Shown: in pieces, positions 49,184 through 61,204 of the stretch
How positions within the stretch are numbered: the stretch's first letter is position 1
Layout of the letters: every line of letters starts with the position of its first letter
Assembly: GCF_020745735.1 (NCBI RefSeq)
Contig: NC_083435.1
Location: 11,005,201 to 11,069,200, forward strand
Length of the DNA: 64,000 nt
Origin: Hemiscyllium ocellatum
Taxonomy: Eukaryota
Reading direction: 5' to 3'
Made by a program: the position numbers and the translations under genes
Notes under the pieces: generated by a model
Seen by the model: the letters and a program-made list of their open reading frames with translations, nothing else
Database searches by the model: none
What the model was told of the DNA's origin: nothing

Positions 49184-50774
49184 CAGCAACACCATCCTAT
49201 CCCATTGCTAAAAGTCCCCAATCCTACAACACTGTCTTAAATCTGCTCCCCCACCCCCCTCTCCCGCACCCTCCTTCGTACCCTCCCTGGTGTGATCACA
49301 CCCTTTCTGGGAGGAGTCCAAAGAGTTATGCACAAAGTCCTCTGTAACCTCACGAAAGGTTTCTACAGTGATAATTTCCCTGTTTTGACACGCTGGGATA
49401 TGGTAAAGGAAGTGTCCCTTCCTTAGACATACCGAATGAATTGGTAGGGAATAGAGGGGTGCGTAACATGTAGAGACAAAAGAGATCTTTGTTTGGAATG
49501 GCATCATGTCTTGCTATGCCGAAGGGCCTGTTATTGAGTTGTAATGTCCTTTGTGCTTTGTTCGTTACCTTATAACCACCAGCCCTGCCGCCTGCAAGGA
49601 TTTGTGAATAAGCAAACAAAGCGCCCTCTGCTCTGATCCGAAGAAACGTCACTGGATCAGAAATATTTGACTCTGCTTTCTCTGTGCAGATGCTGCCCGG
49701 TGCAGACCCCGGATGTCTCCGAATGGAACCTATTTGCCGCTGTTCGTTCCCCGGCTCTCCGACTTCACAGAGGCAATTTAATCTGAACTGTCTTTCAAGG
49801 GGCTTAAGGGGCTGGGTGCAAGGCGATTTCACATTCTGTCCGTGTTTCCCTCTCATTGAATTCTCGAAACCAGCGTTCCTCTGGGATTCCTGGACAGAAC
49901 CAACTCGCGAACCAATCTGCACCACTTTTCTCTGAATGTTGTGTTGGTTTGAAATTTAGCATTCTTGCATTTGTCCTGAAGGAGTCGCAGATGAAAACAT
50001 TCAGAGACAGATCTCCCTTCTCAGGCTAACCGTGCAGTGTTGAATACAGCTGGTTGCTGTTTATGGTCCAGTGATATTGGTAGCAGCATGGATTGTTTTG
50101 AGCAAACAGGTTCATGCTTGAGCTGTTGCACAGCCTCTTAAAAAAAACCTCAGCACTGGTCAATGGAAATTAGTCCTTTCCATGATTCAGGCTTGCCTCT
50201 GTTAAATAAAATGTGAATAAAGCAGCAGAAGTAATTTGAAGGAATCCAATAATATCTGAGCATGCACAACTCAGTGATATTACATGGTCACTTGTGATAA
50301 GAACTGTAATGTTGTGCAGATGAGATAGAAGCTTAAGAACCAAAATTCAGAAGAGTAACATTCAATCCCTAATGGGCATGAGAGAACGAGTTGGCATTTA
50401 CAACAAGTATCATCACGATAAATGATTCCAGATATTTACAGCTAAACTGAGATTCTCAAATTCCCATTTGTTATTTAAGCTCACATACTCTTATTAGATC
50501 AGGCCTTTGAATTAATAAAATAACACTATGTTAAAGTGAAGAGGTAAATATAGGAACAAAGGTACTGGGGTAGGCAATTCAGCCTCTTGATTTGTTCCAA
50601 CATTCAATGAAATCATGGCTGATTTATGGCCTAACTCCATATAGCTGTCTTTCATCAATACCCCTTAGTACCCTTGTTTAACAAAACTGTAGCGATCTCA
50701 GAGTTAAGTTTAACAATGATCCTGCATTCACTGGCATTTGTGAAAGAGAGTTCTAACATCTACCACCCTTTGTG

Positions 50775-51118
50775 GTGACATGGTGGCTCAGTTGTTAGCA
50801 TTGCTATCTCCCAGCATGAGGGAGCTCAGGTTGATTCCAAACTTAATGAACTATCTGTGTGATGTTTGCACGTGCTCCTTGGGTTTGCATGGGTTTCCTC
50901 CAGAGGCTCCAGTATTCCTCCCACAGTCCAAAGATGTGCAGGTTTGGTGGATTGGCCGAGCTAAATTTCCCATAGTGTCCAGAGATGTACAGGTTGATGC
51001 TTTAGTCATAGGAAATGAAAGGAAATGGGGGTAGGTCTTGCTAGGATGCTCCTTGGACAAACGTTGTGGACTCGATTTGCAGAATGGCCTGCTTTCACAC
51101 TTTTGGGATTCTATGATT
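50775..51118 (+). mobile_element. Diverged HE1-related SINE
   Basis: A/B-box remnants, central domain, short TTGTG duplication. Absent from the paralog near 19400. Confidence 0.75.
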
Positions 51119-51950
51119 GTGTAGTACTGCCAAACATTTCTCTTGGACTGTTCTGTCCTAAGTCTCAGGCTCTGCCCATTACTATGAGAATCCTCAAATA
51201 GTTTCTCGGTACCTACCCTTTCTTTTCCCATGAATATTCTGTGAGGGAAATGTTTGAATTGGGAAATTGGAGATAGAAAAGTAAGAGGGAGCAGTATGCT
51301 CATTCAGTATCGTTCTCTGTCCACCTCTCTTTATCTCTCCCTCACAACTCAGGAACAACCCAGGCCTGGAGAGATTAATTTATATTTTATGAACCTTCCC
51401 TTTAAAACCAGGCTTCTGTTTTTGTTTTTCACTTCTTTGTGTATGATGTTACAGAACATACATAAGAACAAAGGAACACTCGAGGACTTGGTCTCCACAG
51501 CCTTCTATGGTAATGAGTTCCAAAGATTGAGCAACCTCTGGTTCAAGAAACACCTTCTCATCTCAGTTTAAAGGTTCGTTCCTTCCCTGAGGCTGTGCCC
51601 TGTCTCCCATGTCTCCCAAAAGTGAAAACATTTTCTCCACCTCCACTCTGTCCAGGCCTCTCAGTATTTTCTAAGTTTCAAACAGATACCACTTCATTCT
51701 TCAAAACTCCATCACATACAGACTAAGTGTCCTCAACTGCATCTCATATGGCACATGCTTCAACCCCAGGATCATTTATCTAATCCTCTGTGGACACCCT
51801 CCAAGATCAATACATCCTTCTTTAAAGATGAGGTCCAAAACTGTTCACTTTATCACTGAAATGTTGAATGATCAATTGAAATGTTGAATGATCAATAGGG
51901 AAAGAGGCTGGTTGGCCCATAGAGTTTGTGTTGACCCATTACTAGAGTAA

Positions 51951-52040
51951 GAGCTGAAAATGTGTTGCTGGAAAAGCGCAGCAGGTCAGGCAGCATCCAA
52001 GGAACAGGAGATTCGACATTTCGGGCATAAGCCCTTCTTC
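51951..52040 (-). mobile_element. 90-bp Penelope terminal fragment with 7-bp TSD AGAGTAA
   Basis: TSD at 51944-51950 / 52041-52047. Absent from the paralogous spacer near 21.77 kb. Confidence 0.85.
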
Positions 52041-52494
52041 AGAGTAATTCACCCACATACATTGCAATGAATTATGTTGGTCAGATCATGTTGATTTTTG
52101 CCGTCCTGGCCATATACATTTTATACCTTCATGGATCCAACATAGAGTCTGGGCACTGAGTGTTTGCACTGCAATTTAAAGGCTGCTCTACTGAGCTTGA
52201 CTGTTCCTGCTCTGAGTCTGCTACATTTCCGTCTCTCAGATTACCTATTGTCTGCCTCTCAGTAAATGCTGTAAACTCTTTTTTAAGCATTCTGAGATGC
52301 AGAATTTTGATTATAGCTCTCTGGCAATGTTCTTCTAGTCCCGTTTATGCCAATTCTCAATAGCATGTCTGTCTAATATCACACTAAATTACCATAAGCA
52401 TTTTCAATCCCATAAAGCTGAGATTTCCTTCCGACAGAATTTCAAGGAATGAATTCCAGATCCCAATGTCTCGCTATTCATGAAAGGCTAATGC

Positions 52495-53405
52495 TGCTGT
52501 TGCTTTTGATTAATTTGATGATCACTTTAAGTTATAGAGTCATAGAGATGTACAGCACGGAAATAGACCCTTCATTCCAACCCATCCATGCCTACCAGAT
52601 ATCCTAAATTAATTTAGTCCCATTTGCCACCACTTGGCCCATGTCTCTCTAAACCCTTCCTATTCATATACCCATCTAGATGCCTTTTAAATGTTGTAAT
52701 TGTACCAGTCTCCACCACTTCCTCTGGCAGCTAATTTCATAGCAATTACAGAAATGTGGTTCTGGGATGGACAGATCTGGCAGCTTAATACAAATGCCAA
52801 AGGAAGGACAGAAAGGGGAACAAGACAGCCCATCTGTTCTTGTTACGAACATTTCTGTTAAAACAAGCAGAGTCTCACTCGTCCTCTATTTTGTCCAGCT
52901 CCATGATAATTTTGAACAAAACTTGTAAATCTCTTTTCAAGTATGTCACCAGGGTTGGAGGGTTTGAGCTGTAGGGAGAGGCTGAATACAATGGGGCTAT
53001 TTTCCTTGCAGCATCAGAGGCTAAGTGGTGACCTTATAGAGGTTTATAAAATCATGAGGGACACGGATAGGAGATACAGACAAGACCATTTCCCTGAGAT
53101 GAGTGAGTCCAAAACTAGAAGGCATAGATTTAAGGTGAGATGGGAAAGATTTAGAAGGTACCTAAGGGGAAACACTTTCATGCAGAGGGTGGTGCATGTA
53201 TGCAATGAGCTGCCAGAGGAACTGGTGGAGGCTAGTACAATGACAAAATTTGAAAGGCATCTGGATGGGTGTGTGAATTGGAAGGGTTTAGAGGGATGTG
53301 GGCCAAGTTCTGGAAAATGGGACAAGATTAATTTAGGATATCTGGTCAGCATGGACAAGTTGGACTGAAAGGTTTGTTTCTGAGCTGTGCATCTCAATGA
53401 TTCTA
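52495..53405. mobile_element. CR1 3' fragments (minus about 52495-52740, plus about 52940-53405)
   Basis: ORF 52943-53368 and tail ctgtacatctctatgactct-like. Confidence 0.8.
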
Positions 53406-53914
53406 TGATTGCATATATATCAAAAGTTCAGCACTCCTGCAACTCACCTACAGGAAGCATCACTAAAACTCATGCCATTTGAAACATACCCATTCAATGT
53501 CACCCAGAAGAAAAAAAATTACATTCAAAGAGTAAAAAAAACTGTAGATGCTGGAAATCAGAAGCAAAAGCAGAAATTGCTGGAAAAAGCTCAGCAGGTC
53601 TGGCAGCATCTGTGGGAAGAGTAACAGAATTAATGTTTTGTGTACAGTGACCCTTCATCAGAACAATGAAGAAATCATTTTTATATTCTCATTGTCATTT
53701 CATTCCACGGACTTCAATGATACTTCTAATTCTTTAAAGTGACAATTTTTCCAATACCTCTTCAAATCTAGAAATACATTCACATCTCAATCCCAACAGT
53801 GCCTCCATTAGAAGGCTCAATCTATTTAGCTAAAGGTGATTTGGTTTTAACAAACCCACACTGTTTTCCTCAATTAAACCACACTTGCTTAACTCTGTCC
53901 AAGATATTCCTAAA

Positions 53915-54421
53915 TGATCTAGAAGAGGGCACTGTTGGTTTATGAGGATGTTGCCTGGTATGGAAGGTGCTAGCTATGAAGAGAGGTTGGGTAGGTTAGG
54001 TTCATTTTCACTAGACAAACGGAAATTGAGGGGGGGACCTGATTGAGGTTTACAAAATCATGAAGGGTATAGACAGGATGGATAGAGACAAGCTTTTTCC
54101 CAGGGTGAAGGATTCAATAACAAGAGGTCATGCTTTCAAGGTGAGAAGTGGAAAGTTTAACGGGGATACATGCGGCAAGTACTTCACGCAGAGGGCAATG
54201 GGCATTTGGAATGCATTGCCAGCAGAGGTAGTCGAGGCAGGCACGGGAGATTCATTTAAGATGCGACTGGACAGATGCATGAGTAGGTGGGGAGCAGAGG
54301 GATACAAGTGCTTAAGAATTGACTGACAGGTTTAGAGAGTACATTTGGATCGGCTCAGGCTTGGAGGGCCTGAAGGGCCTGTTCCTGGGCTGTAAATTTT
54401 CTTTGCTCTTTGTTCTTTGTT
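53915..54421 (+). mobile_element. 5'-truncated CR1-like LINE with short TSD CTAAA
   Basis: ORF 54060-54326. Flanks are contiguous in the paralog near 24515-24525. Confidence 0.8.
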
Positions 54422-54624
54422 CTAAAAGTCTCCATCACTGAGGTCGATCTCACTGAGTTGTTGATGCTTGACTTACACTTACACTTGTTTTGAACATGCT
54501 GAAGCATTTACGATTTTGCAAAATTATAACATTTCAATCTTATGACTCCTAGTCTCATTATACCCGCATCATCGATTCTCCTGCTCCTTGACTGCTTGCT
54601 GTGCTTTTTCAGCATCGCATTCTA

Positions 54625-54930
54625 GGGGTGGCGTGGGGGCTCAGCAGTTAGCACTGCTTCCTCACAGCATCAGGGTCCCAGGTTCAATTCCAGCCTTGGG
54701 TAACAATCTGTGTGGAGTTTGCACATCCTCCCCCTGTTTGCATGGGTTTCCTCTGGGTGCTCTGGTTTCTTCCCACACTCCAAGGATGTGCAAGTCAGGT
54801 GAAGTGGCCATGTTAAATTGTCCATAGTGTTAGGTGCGTTAGTCAGAGGGGAGTGGGTTAATCTTTGGAGGATCGTTGTGAACATGGGCCGAAGGGCCTG
54901 TTTCCACACTGTAGGGAATCTAATCTAATC
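54625..54930 (+). mobile_element. HE1-type SINE
   Basis: B box GGTTCAATTCC, central domain, (CTAAT)n tail. Confidence 0.85.
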
Positions 54931-55629
54931 TCACTTATAGTAATACCACCCCAGTTAAAGAGCCCCAAGAGAGCTTCCTATTCAAATGTAACATAGATTC
55001 CCAAATACATCGGAATTCCTTCACTCCAATTTTATTTCACTTAATTGGACAATATTCACAGACCTGAGCAAAATAAGTCATTTCTCATTGTTATTTAACC
55101 ATTTGTGGGAAAGACATTACTGCAGCATGGTAAGAGTTTGAATAAAATGTCTTTGACATTTTTAGTACGATGACAAGAAACAACCCGAACGAAAACAAAT
55201 GATGAAACGCCCAGTGGTCCTGGCAGTATGAGAATGACACGAGCTCCCTGCCAGAGTGCACATTGAAGGGAGCCGGGCATCACAGCAGCTGCTGGTCACT
55301 CAGTTCCTGTCCCCTCATCCCAAAAGGAAATCTGAGACTCCCCTCTGAAAACAGAAGAATTGCCCAATATGGTGAAGATAAGATTTTGGGAGGTTTGTGA
55401 GTGGAAATCTTTATAGCTGCTACTGCAGGAATAACATTCACTCCAGGATATTAGTAGAAAACGGGACAATTGTTTCTCCATTCAACTCTTCAAACTGTCT
55501 TCACCACTTCTCTGTCTCTGCCTTGCTGGGAAGTGATTTGGTGTCCCAATGGAAAGACTGCATTGTCCCTGCAGTGAAATGATTTGGTGTTCCCTGGAAA
55601 GACTGCACTGAACCCAGTCTGAGAACCAG

Positions 55630-56975
55630 TGACTGATTCATCTCCAGTATATCATTCAACCAGTTTATTTGGAAGCCGTCGCTTTCCAGGCGATGCTCCT
55701 TCATCAGGTGGTTGTGGAACTGAACAATAGGACACGGAATTTATTGCAAAAGATGACAGTGTCATGCAATGGAAATGATATTTTGAACAAACTAGATTGT
55801 TGTTAAGTCTTCCATCTTTTAGAATGAGTTGTAGGTTTCGGTTCATTAACATGTAAATCCCAGAAATTTTTTTCAATCACATTCTCGAGATAACTCAAGG
55901 TATATTTAAAAAGAAAGATGACAACTGAACTCGGACAATGCATTAAAGGTGTGAGGTTAGAGTCAGTCTGTATCCCATCTTGAGTCAGACTGGTTCTATT
56001 TCCAAAGTGGAATTTACAAAATACTACATGGATTGATGACTGCATTGACTGCCAGCAGATTATGCATTTTCTGAGCAAAATAGAATCTATCTCCAAATAT
56101 AATTCTATACATAGAAATTCGCCCCACAGACATGTCTGGCTGTGTGCACGCAGGAGAGAGAGAGAGAGAGAGAGAGAGCGTGTGTGTTTGCATGTGTGCA
56201 AGCTTGGTGAAGTGGGTGTGTGAGTGTGACGGGGTATAAGCCTGCAACAGGGAACCTGCGTGGATGTGTATAGTAGGTGTGTGAATGAGAGAGTTTGTAT
56301 GTATGAGAGTGCCTGTGAGAGTGTGTGAGTATGTAACAGTGTGTGTGTATTTGTGCTTGTGTGTGAAAGAGAGCGTATCATGTGGTGGGATCACCTGTAG
56401 TGTGACATGAACCCTGGGTCCCGGTTGAGGCCATTCTCATGGGTACCAAGCTTAGCTATCAGCCTCTGTTCAGCCACTTTTGCTGTGGCCTGTCTGAAGT
56501 CTGCCTTGGAGGATGGTCACCTGACAATCCGAAGCCAAACATCTCTGACTGCTGAAGTGTTGCCGGACTGGGAGGGAACAGCCCTGTCTGGCAATTGTTG
56601 CGCGGTGTCCATTCATCCATTATTGTAGCGTCTGCATGATCTCGTCAATGTACCATGTCTCGGGGCATCTTTGCATGCAGCGTGTAAGGTAGACAACATT
56701 GGCCAAAGGCAAGGATGCCTTGAGGCATGGGACATTGGCAAGACCATGCAGACACTACAACAACGGACGAATGGACAATGCGCAATAATCAGCAGCATGG
56801 GTGTTCCTTCCCAGTCAGCAAATACTTCAGCGGTCAGGAACATTTGGCCTCGGATCTTTGGGTGACCATCCTCCAAGGCTGACATTGGGGCAGCAACAGG
56901 GCAAAGCAGCCAAAAAGAGGCTGACAGCCAAATTCAGTACCCATGAGGATGGCCTCACCCTGGACCTTGTTTTTT
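55630..56975 (-). mobile_element. Decayed Penelope-like element of a second family, with inverted GIY-YIG segment
   Basis: 56410-56680 and 56715-56975 are inverted homologs. HHR remnant CTGATGAAGGAGC..GAAAGC at about 55675-55710. Contains (GA)n/(GT)n. Confidence 0.6.
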
Positions 56976-58615
56976 GGATCATTGGAATCTCTTTTGGGGT
57001 AGAAGTGACCTGTACAAGAAGGACCAATTGCACCTAAATTGGAAGGGGACTAATATGGAAGTTTGCTCGAGCTGCTCGAAAGGATTTAAACCAGTAAGTT
57101 GGTGGGGGGTGGAGAGGAGGGCGGGTGCAGTGAGGAAAGATATCAATCTGAGACTGGTACAATTGAGAACAGAAGAGAGTCAAACAGTTAAGGCTGGCAG
57201 GAACAAAGTAGGACTAATAAGTTAAACTGCATTTATTTCAATGCAAGGGGACTAAAAGGGAAGGCAGATGGACTCACAGCATGGTTAGGAACATGGAACT
57301 AGGAACTCAGGTTTTGTGCATGAGAAATCATGTCTGACAAACTTGATTGAGTTTTTTGAAGAAGTAACAAAGAGGATTGATGAAGGTAGAGTGGTGGACA
57401 TGATCTATTTGGACTTCAGTAAGGCATTTGACAAGGTTCCCCATGGAAGATTGGTCAGCATGTTTAGATCTCATGGAATACAAGGAGAACTAGCCAGTTG
57501 GATGCAGAACTGGCTCGAAGGTAGGAGAACTAGCCAGTTGGATACAGAACTGGCTTGAAGGTAGAAGACAGAGGGTGGTGGTGAGAGTTGTTTTTCAGAC
57601 TGGAGACCTGTGACAAGTGGTGTTCCACAAGGATTGGTGCTGGGCCGACTAGTTTTCATTATTTATAGAAATGATTTGGATGTGGACATAGAAGGTATAG
57701 TTAGTAAGTTTGCAGATGACACCAAAATTGGAAGTGCAGTGGACTGTGAGATGGTTACCTCAGATTACAACAGGATCCTGATCAGATGGGCCAATGGACT
57801 GAGGCGCGGCAGCTGGAGTTCAATTTAAATAAACGTGAGGTGCTGCATTTTGGAAAAGCAAATCAGAGCAGGACCTATAGTCTTAATGGCAAGGTCCTAC
57901 ACAGTATTGCTGAACAAAGAGACCTTGGAGTGCAGCGTCATAGTTCATTGAAAGTTGAGTCGCAGGTAGATAGGATAGTGAAGAAGCTGTTTGGTATGCT
58001 ATCCTTTATTGATCAAATCATAGAGTTTAGGCGTTAAGACGTAATGCTGCAGCTGTAGAGGGCATTGGTTAGGCCACTTTTAGAATACTGTGTGCAATTC
58101 TGGTCTCCTTCCTCTGGAAGGTTGTTGTGAAACATGAAATGGTTCAGTAAAGATTTACAATGATAGTACCAGGATTGGAAGAATTGAGTTATAGGGAAAA
58201 GCTGAATAGACTGGGGCTGTTTTCCATGGAGCTTCGGAGGCTGAGGGGTCACCTTAATGAGGTTTATGAAATCACGAGGGGCATGGATAGGGTAAATAGA
58301 CAAAGTCTGTTCCCTGAGGTGGGGGAGTCCAGAACTCAAAGGTGTAGGTTTCAGGTGAGAGGGGTAAGATATAAAAGAGACCTAAAGGGCAACCTTTTCA
58401 CGCAGAGGGTGGTGCGTGTATGGAATGAGCTGCCAGAGGTGGAGGATGGTACAATTATAGCATTTGACAGACACCTGGATGAGTATTTGAATGGGAAGGG
58501 TTTAGAAGGATATGGGCCAAGTGTTGGCAAATAGGTTGGGATATCTAATTGGCATGGACAAGTTGGATTGAAGGGTCTGTGTCCATGCTGTATATCTCTG
58601 TGAGTCTCTAACTGC
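56965..58615 (+). mobile_element. CR1-like LINE, internally deleted
   Basis: 5' remnant joined to the RT region at about 57310, then tail. Same 40-bp duplication (57484-57563) as the 46.3-kb copy. Confidence 0.9.
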
Positions 58616-59227
58616 CTGATATGCAAACTCCCTCCAAGTTATCCACAGAAGCGATAACGTCTCTCCAACACTAATCCTTCAAAAACAAATGAACTGCTAA
58701 TGCTGGAAATCAGAAACAAAAACGAAAATTGCTGGAATAGCTCAGCAGGTCTGGTAGTACAGATTTAGGGATAAAATCTCATTGATCAGAGCGCTCCCAA
58801 TACTGCAGCACACCCTCAGTAGTGCACTGGGGTGTACAGTCTGGGATTTTATGGTCAAGTCCTGCACAAGTTAACTTTTTTTCAGATGCGGTCACTGTTG
58901 TAACTTAGGGACACTAGTTCAGTGAAACTTGGGACCATCCCAGTCATGGAGCGGGAATCCGTTTGGCGCTGGGAACACTCAGAGTCTCCTGTCTCACACG
59001 GGACCAGATGGGTTGATATTTACCCTCCCTGTCTCCGGGAACCCGCTCTCCCCTTCACTCAGGCTCTGTGGCCCTTCATCCTACCACAGCCCGGCCCTCC
59101 CATTCCCCGGGGCCGGGTCTCTGTTCGGTTCCCGGGCTGAGTGTGTGATCCAGGGGCTCCCCACAGAAAGGGAGACCGGAGTTAATTCCACCGAAACTGG
59201 CAGGAGCTGAAATTATCCCCAAACTCA

Positions 59228-59511
59228 TAGTGGGCGGCACGGCGGTTAGCACTGCTGCCTCACAGCGCCAGAGATCCGGGTTCAACTCCCGCCTCAGGCG
59301 ACTGTCTGTGTGGAGTTTGCACATTCTCCCCGTGTCTGCGTGGGTTTCCTCCCGCAGTCACAAAGATGTGCGGGTCAGGTGAATTGGCCATGCTAAATTC
59401 CCCGTAGTGTTAGGTAAGGGGCAAATGTAGGGGTATGGGTGGGTTTCGCTTCGGCGGGTCGGTGTGGACTTGTTGGCCTGTTTCCACACTATAAATAATC
59501 TAATCTAATCA
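59228..59511 (+). mobile_element. HE1-type SINE inserted at the unit C exon-1 donor
   Basis: Splits caaactca|.ccagaaag, which is contiguous at 13681-13697. Confidence 0.9.
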
Positions 59512-59562
59512 TCCAGAAAGAAAACTCCATAATTTGATACCAAAGGAGCAGCGATCAGTGCC

Positions 59563-59779
59563 TTTCAGTTTCTATTTGAGGTCACCTCTGTCTCCCTTTT
59601 TGTAACTTTATGAGCGAGAATTTTGAGGGCGTTAACCTCATAAACTGTGGAAGAACAGTTGTGTTTCAGAGTTTAACACGGAGAATCTTGAGCTGAGCTT
59701 TCACCAGTTTACCTGCGTGTCTTCTGTAATATTGCAACACTGAAATGTTTGTTCAACTTCCTGCCCCCTCGGGAATCCC
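59563..59779 (-). promoter_or_regulatory. Unit C promoter: intact ISRE (59563-59572) and NF-kB site (59771-59779)
   Basis: Same motifs, order and similar spacing as the gene A promoter. Confidence 0.55.
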
Positions 59780-59859
59780 GCTCAGGTTAATTTCCACCAT
59801 TTGCTGTTTCAAGGAAAGAAAGGTCTCCCCCACACACGCTCTCTTCCCCTGATTCACCC

Positions 59860-61200
59860 AATGATACCCCCTTAAGTATATTCCTACTGCCTTTATACTC
59901 TCCTGAGGATTTACTCGATTTCTGCTGTCTATCCCTGACATTTACTTTCTTCTTTCTCTGAACCAAACCCTCAATTTCTGTCATCATCCCGCATTCCAAA
60001 CACCTACCAGACTTTTCTTTCATACTAACAGGAATGTACTGTCTCTGCAGTCTCGTTATTTCTGAAGGCTTCCCATTTTCCAGCCCTCCCTTTACCTGCA
60101 AACAGCTGCCCCAGCTTATGAAAGTTCTTGCCTTATACCGTCAAAATTTGTCTTCCTCCAACTTAGAGCTTCAATTTTCAGGTCCTGTCTATCCTTTTCC
60201 ACCAGTATTTTTAAATTTATAAAATTATGGCCGCGGGCCCCAAAGTGCTTCTCTGCTGACACCTCAGTCACCTGTCCTGCCTTATTTCCCATGAGTAAGT
60301 CAGGTTTTCACCTTCTCTAGTGGGTACATCCACACACACAGTCAGAAAACTTTCTTGTACACACGTAACAAATTCCTCTCCACCTAAACCCTTAAAACTA
60401 TGGGCAGTTTTAGTCTATGTTTGGAAAGTTAAAATCCCCTACCATAACCACCCTATTATTCTTACAGATAGCTGAAATCTCCCGACAAATTTGTTTCTCA
60501 ATTTGCCGCTGACTATTAAGGAGTTAATAATCCAATCCTAACAAAGTGATCGTCCCAGTCTTATCTCTCAGTTCCACCCAAAAACGTTCCTGGATGCATT
60601 CCCAGGAATATACTCCCTCAATGCAGCAGTAATAATATCCCTTATCAAAAACACCATCCCCCTCCTCCCTTGCCCTCCCTTTCTATCCTTCCTATAGCAT
60701 TGGATCCAGGAACATTAAACTGCCAGTCCTGTCCATCTCTGAGCCACACTTCTGTTATTGCTATGATATCCTAGTCCCATGTTCCTAACCTTACCCTGAA
60801 TTCTTCTACCTTCTCTGTTAGGCCTCTTGCATTGAAATAAATGCAGTTTAATTTATCAGTCCTACCTTATTCTCTACTTTGTTCCTTCCTGCCCTGACTG
60901 TTAACTCACTCCCTTTCCCAACTGTACCAATCTCAGATTGATCTCTTTACTCACTATTTCCCTGGTTCCCACCCCCTCACCTTACTAGATCAAATCATCC
61001 TGAGCAGCTTGAGCAAATCTTCCTGCCAGTATATATTTGTCCCCGTCCAATACAGGTGCAATCGATCCTTCTTGTAAAGGTCACTTTTACCCCAGAAGAG
61101 ATTCCAGTGATCAAAAATGTGAACCTTTCTCCCATGCACCAACTCTTCAGCCAAGCGTTCATCTGCTCTATCCACATATCCCTACTCATACCAGCTTGTA
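59860..61200 (-). mobile_element. CR1-like LINE fragment (esterase/endonuclease region)
   Basis: Reverse complement matches 38470-39600 and 16000-17200. Abuts the Penelope 3' end at 61205. Confidence 0.8.
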
Positions 61201-61204
61201 GCAC

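Larger units (their letters stand above)
54960..59850 (-). pseudogene. Unit C: hollow BTN-like pseudogene (3'UTR/polyA plus promoter/exon 1, no coding exons)
   Basis: About 54960-55630 aligns to about 25380-26020. About 58620-59850 aligns to about 47720-49180 and 13290-14030. Between them only Penelope and CR1 sequence was found. Confidence 0.75.

Noticed and set aside
1961-59511. Most HE1 SINEs are antisense to the BTN genes
   Set aside because: Too few copies, half of them intergenic. Not distinguishable from chance.
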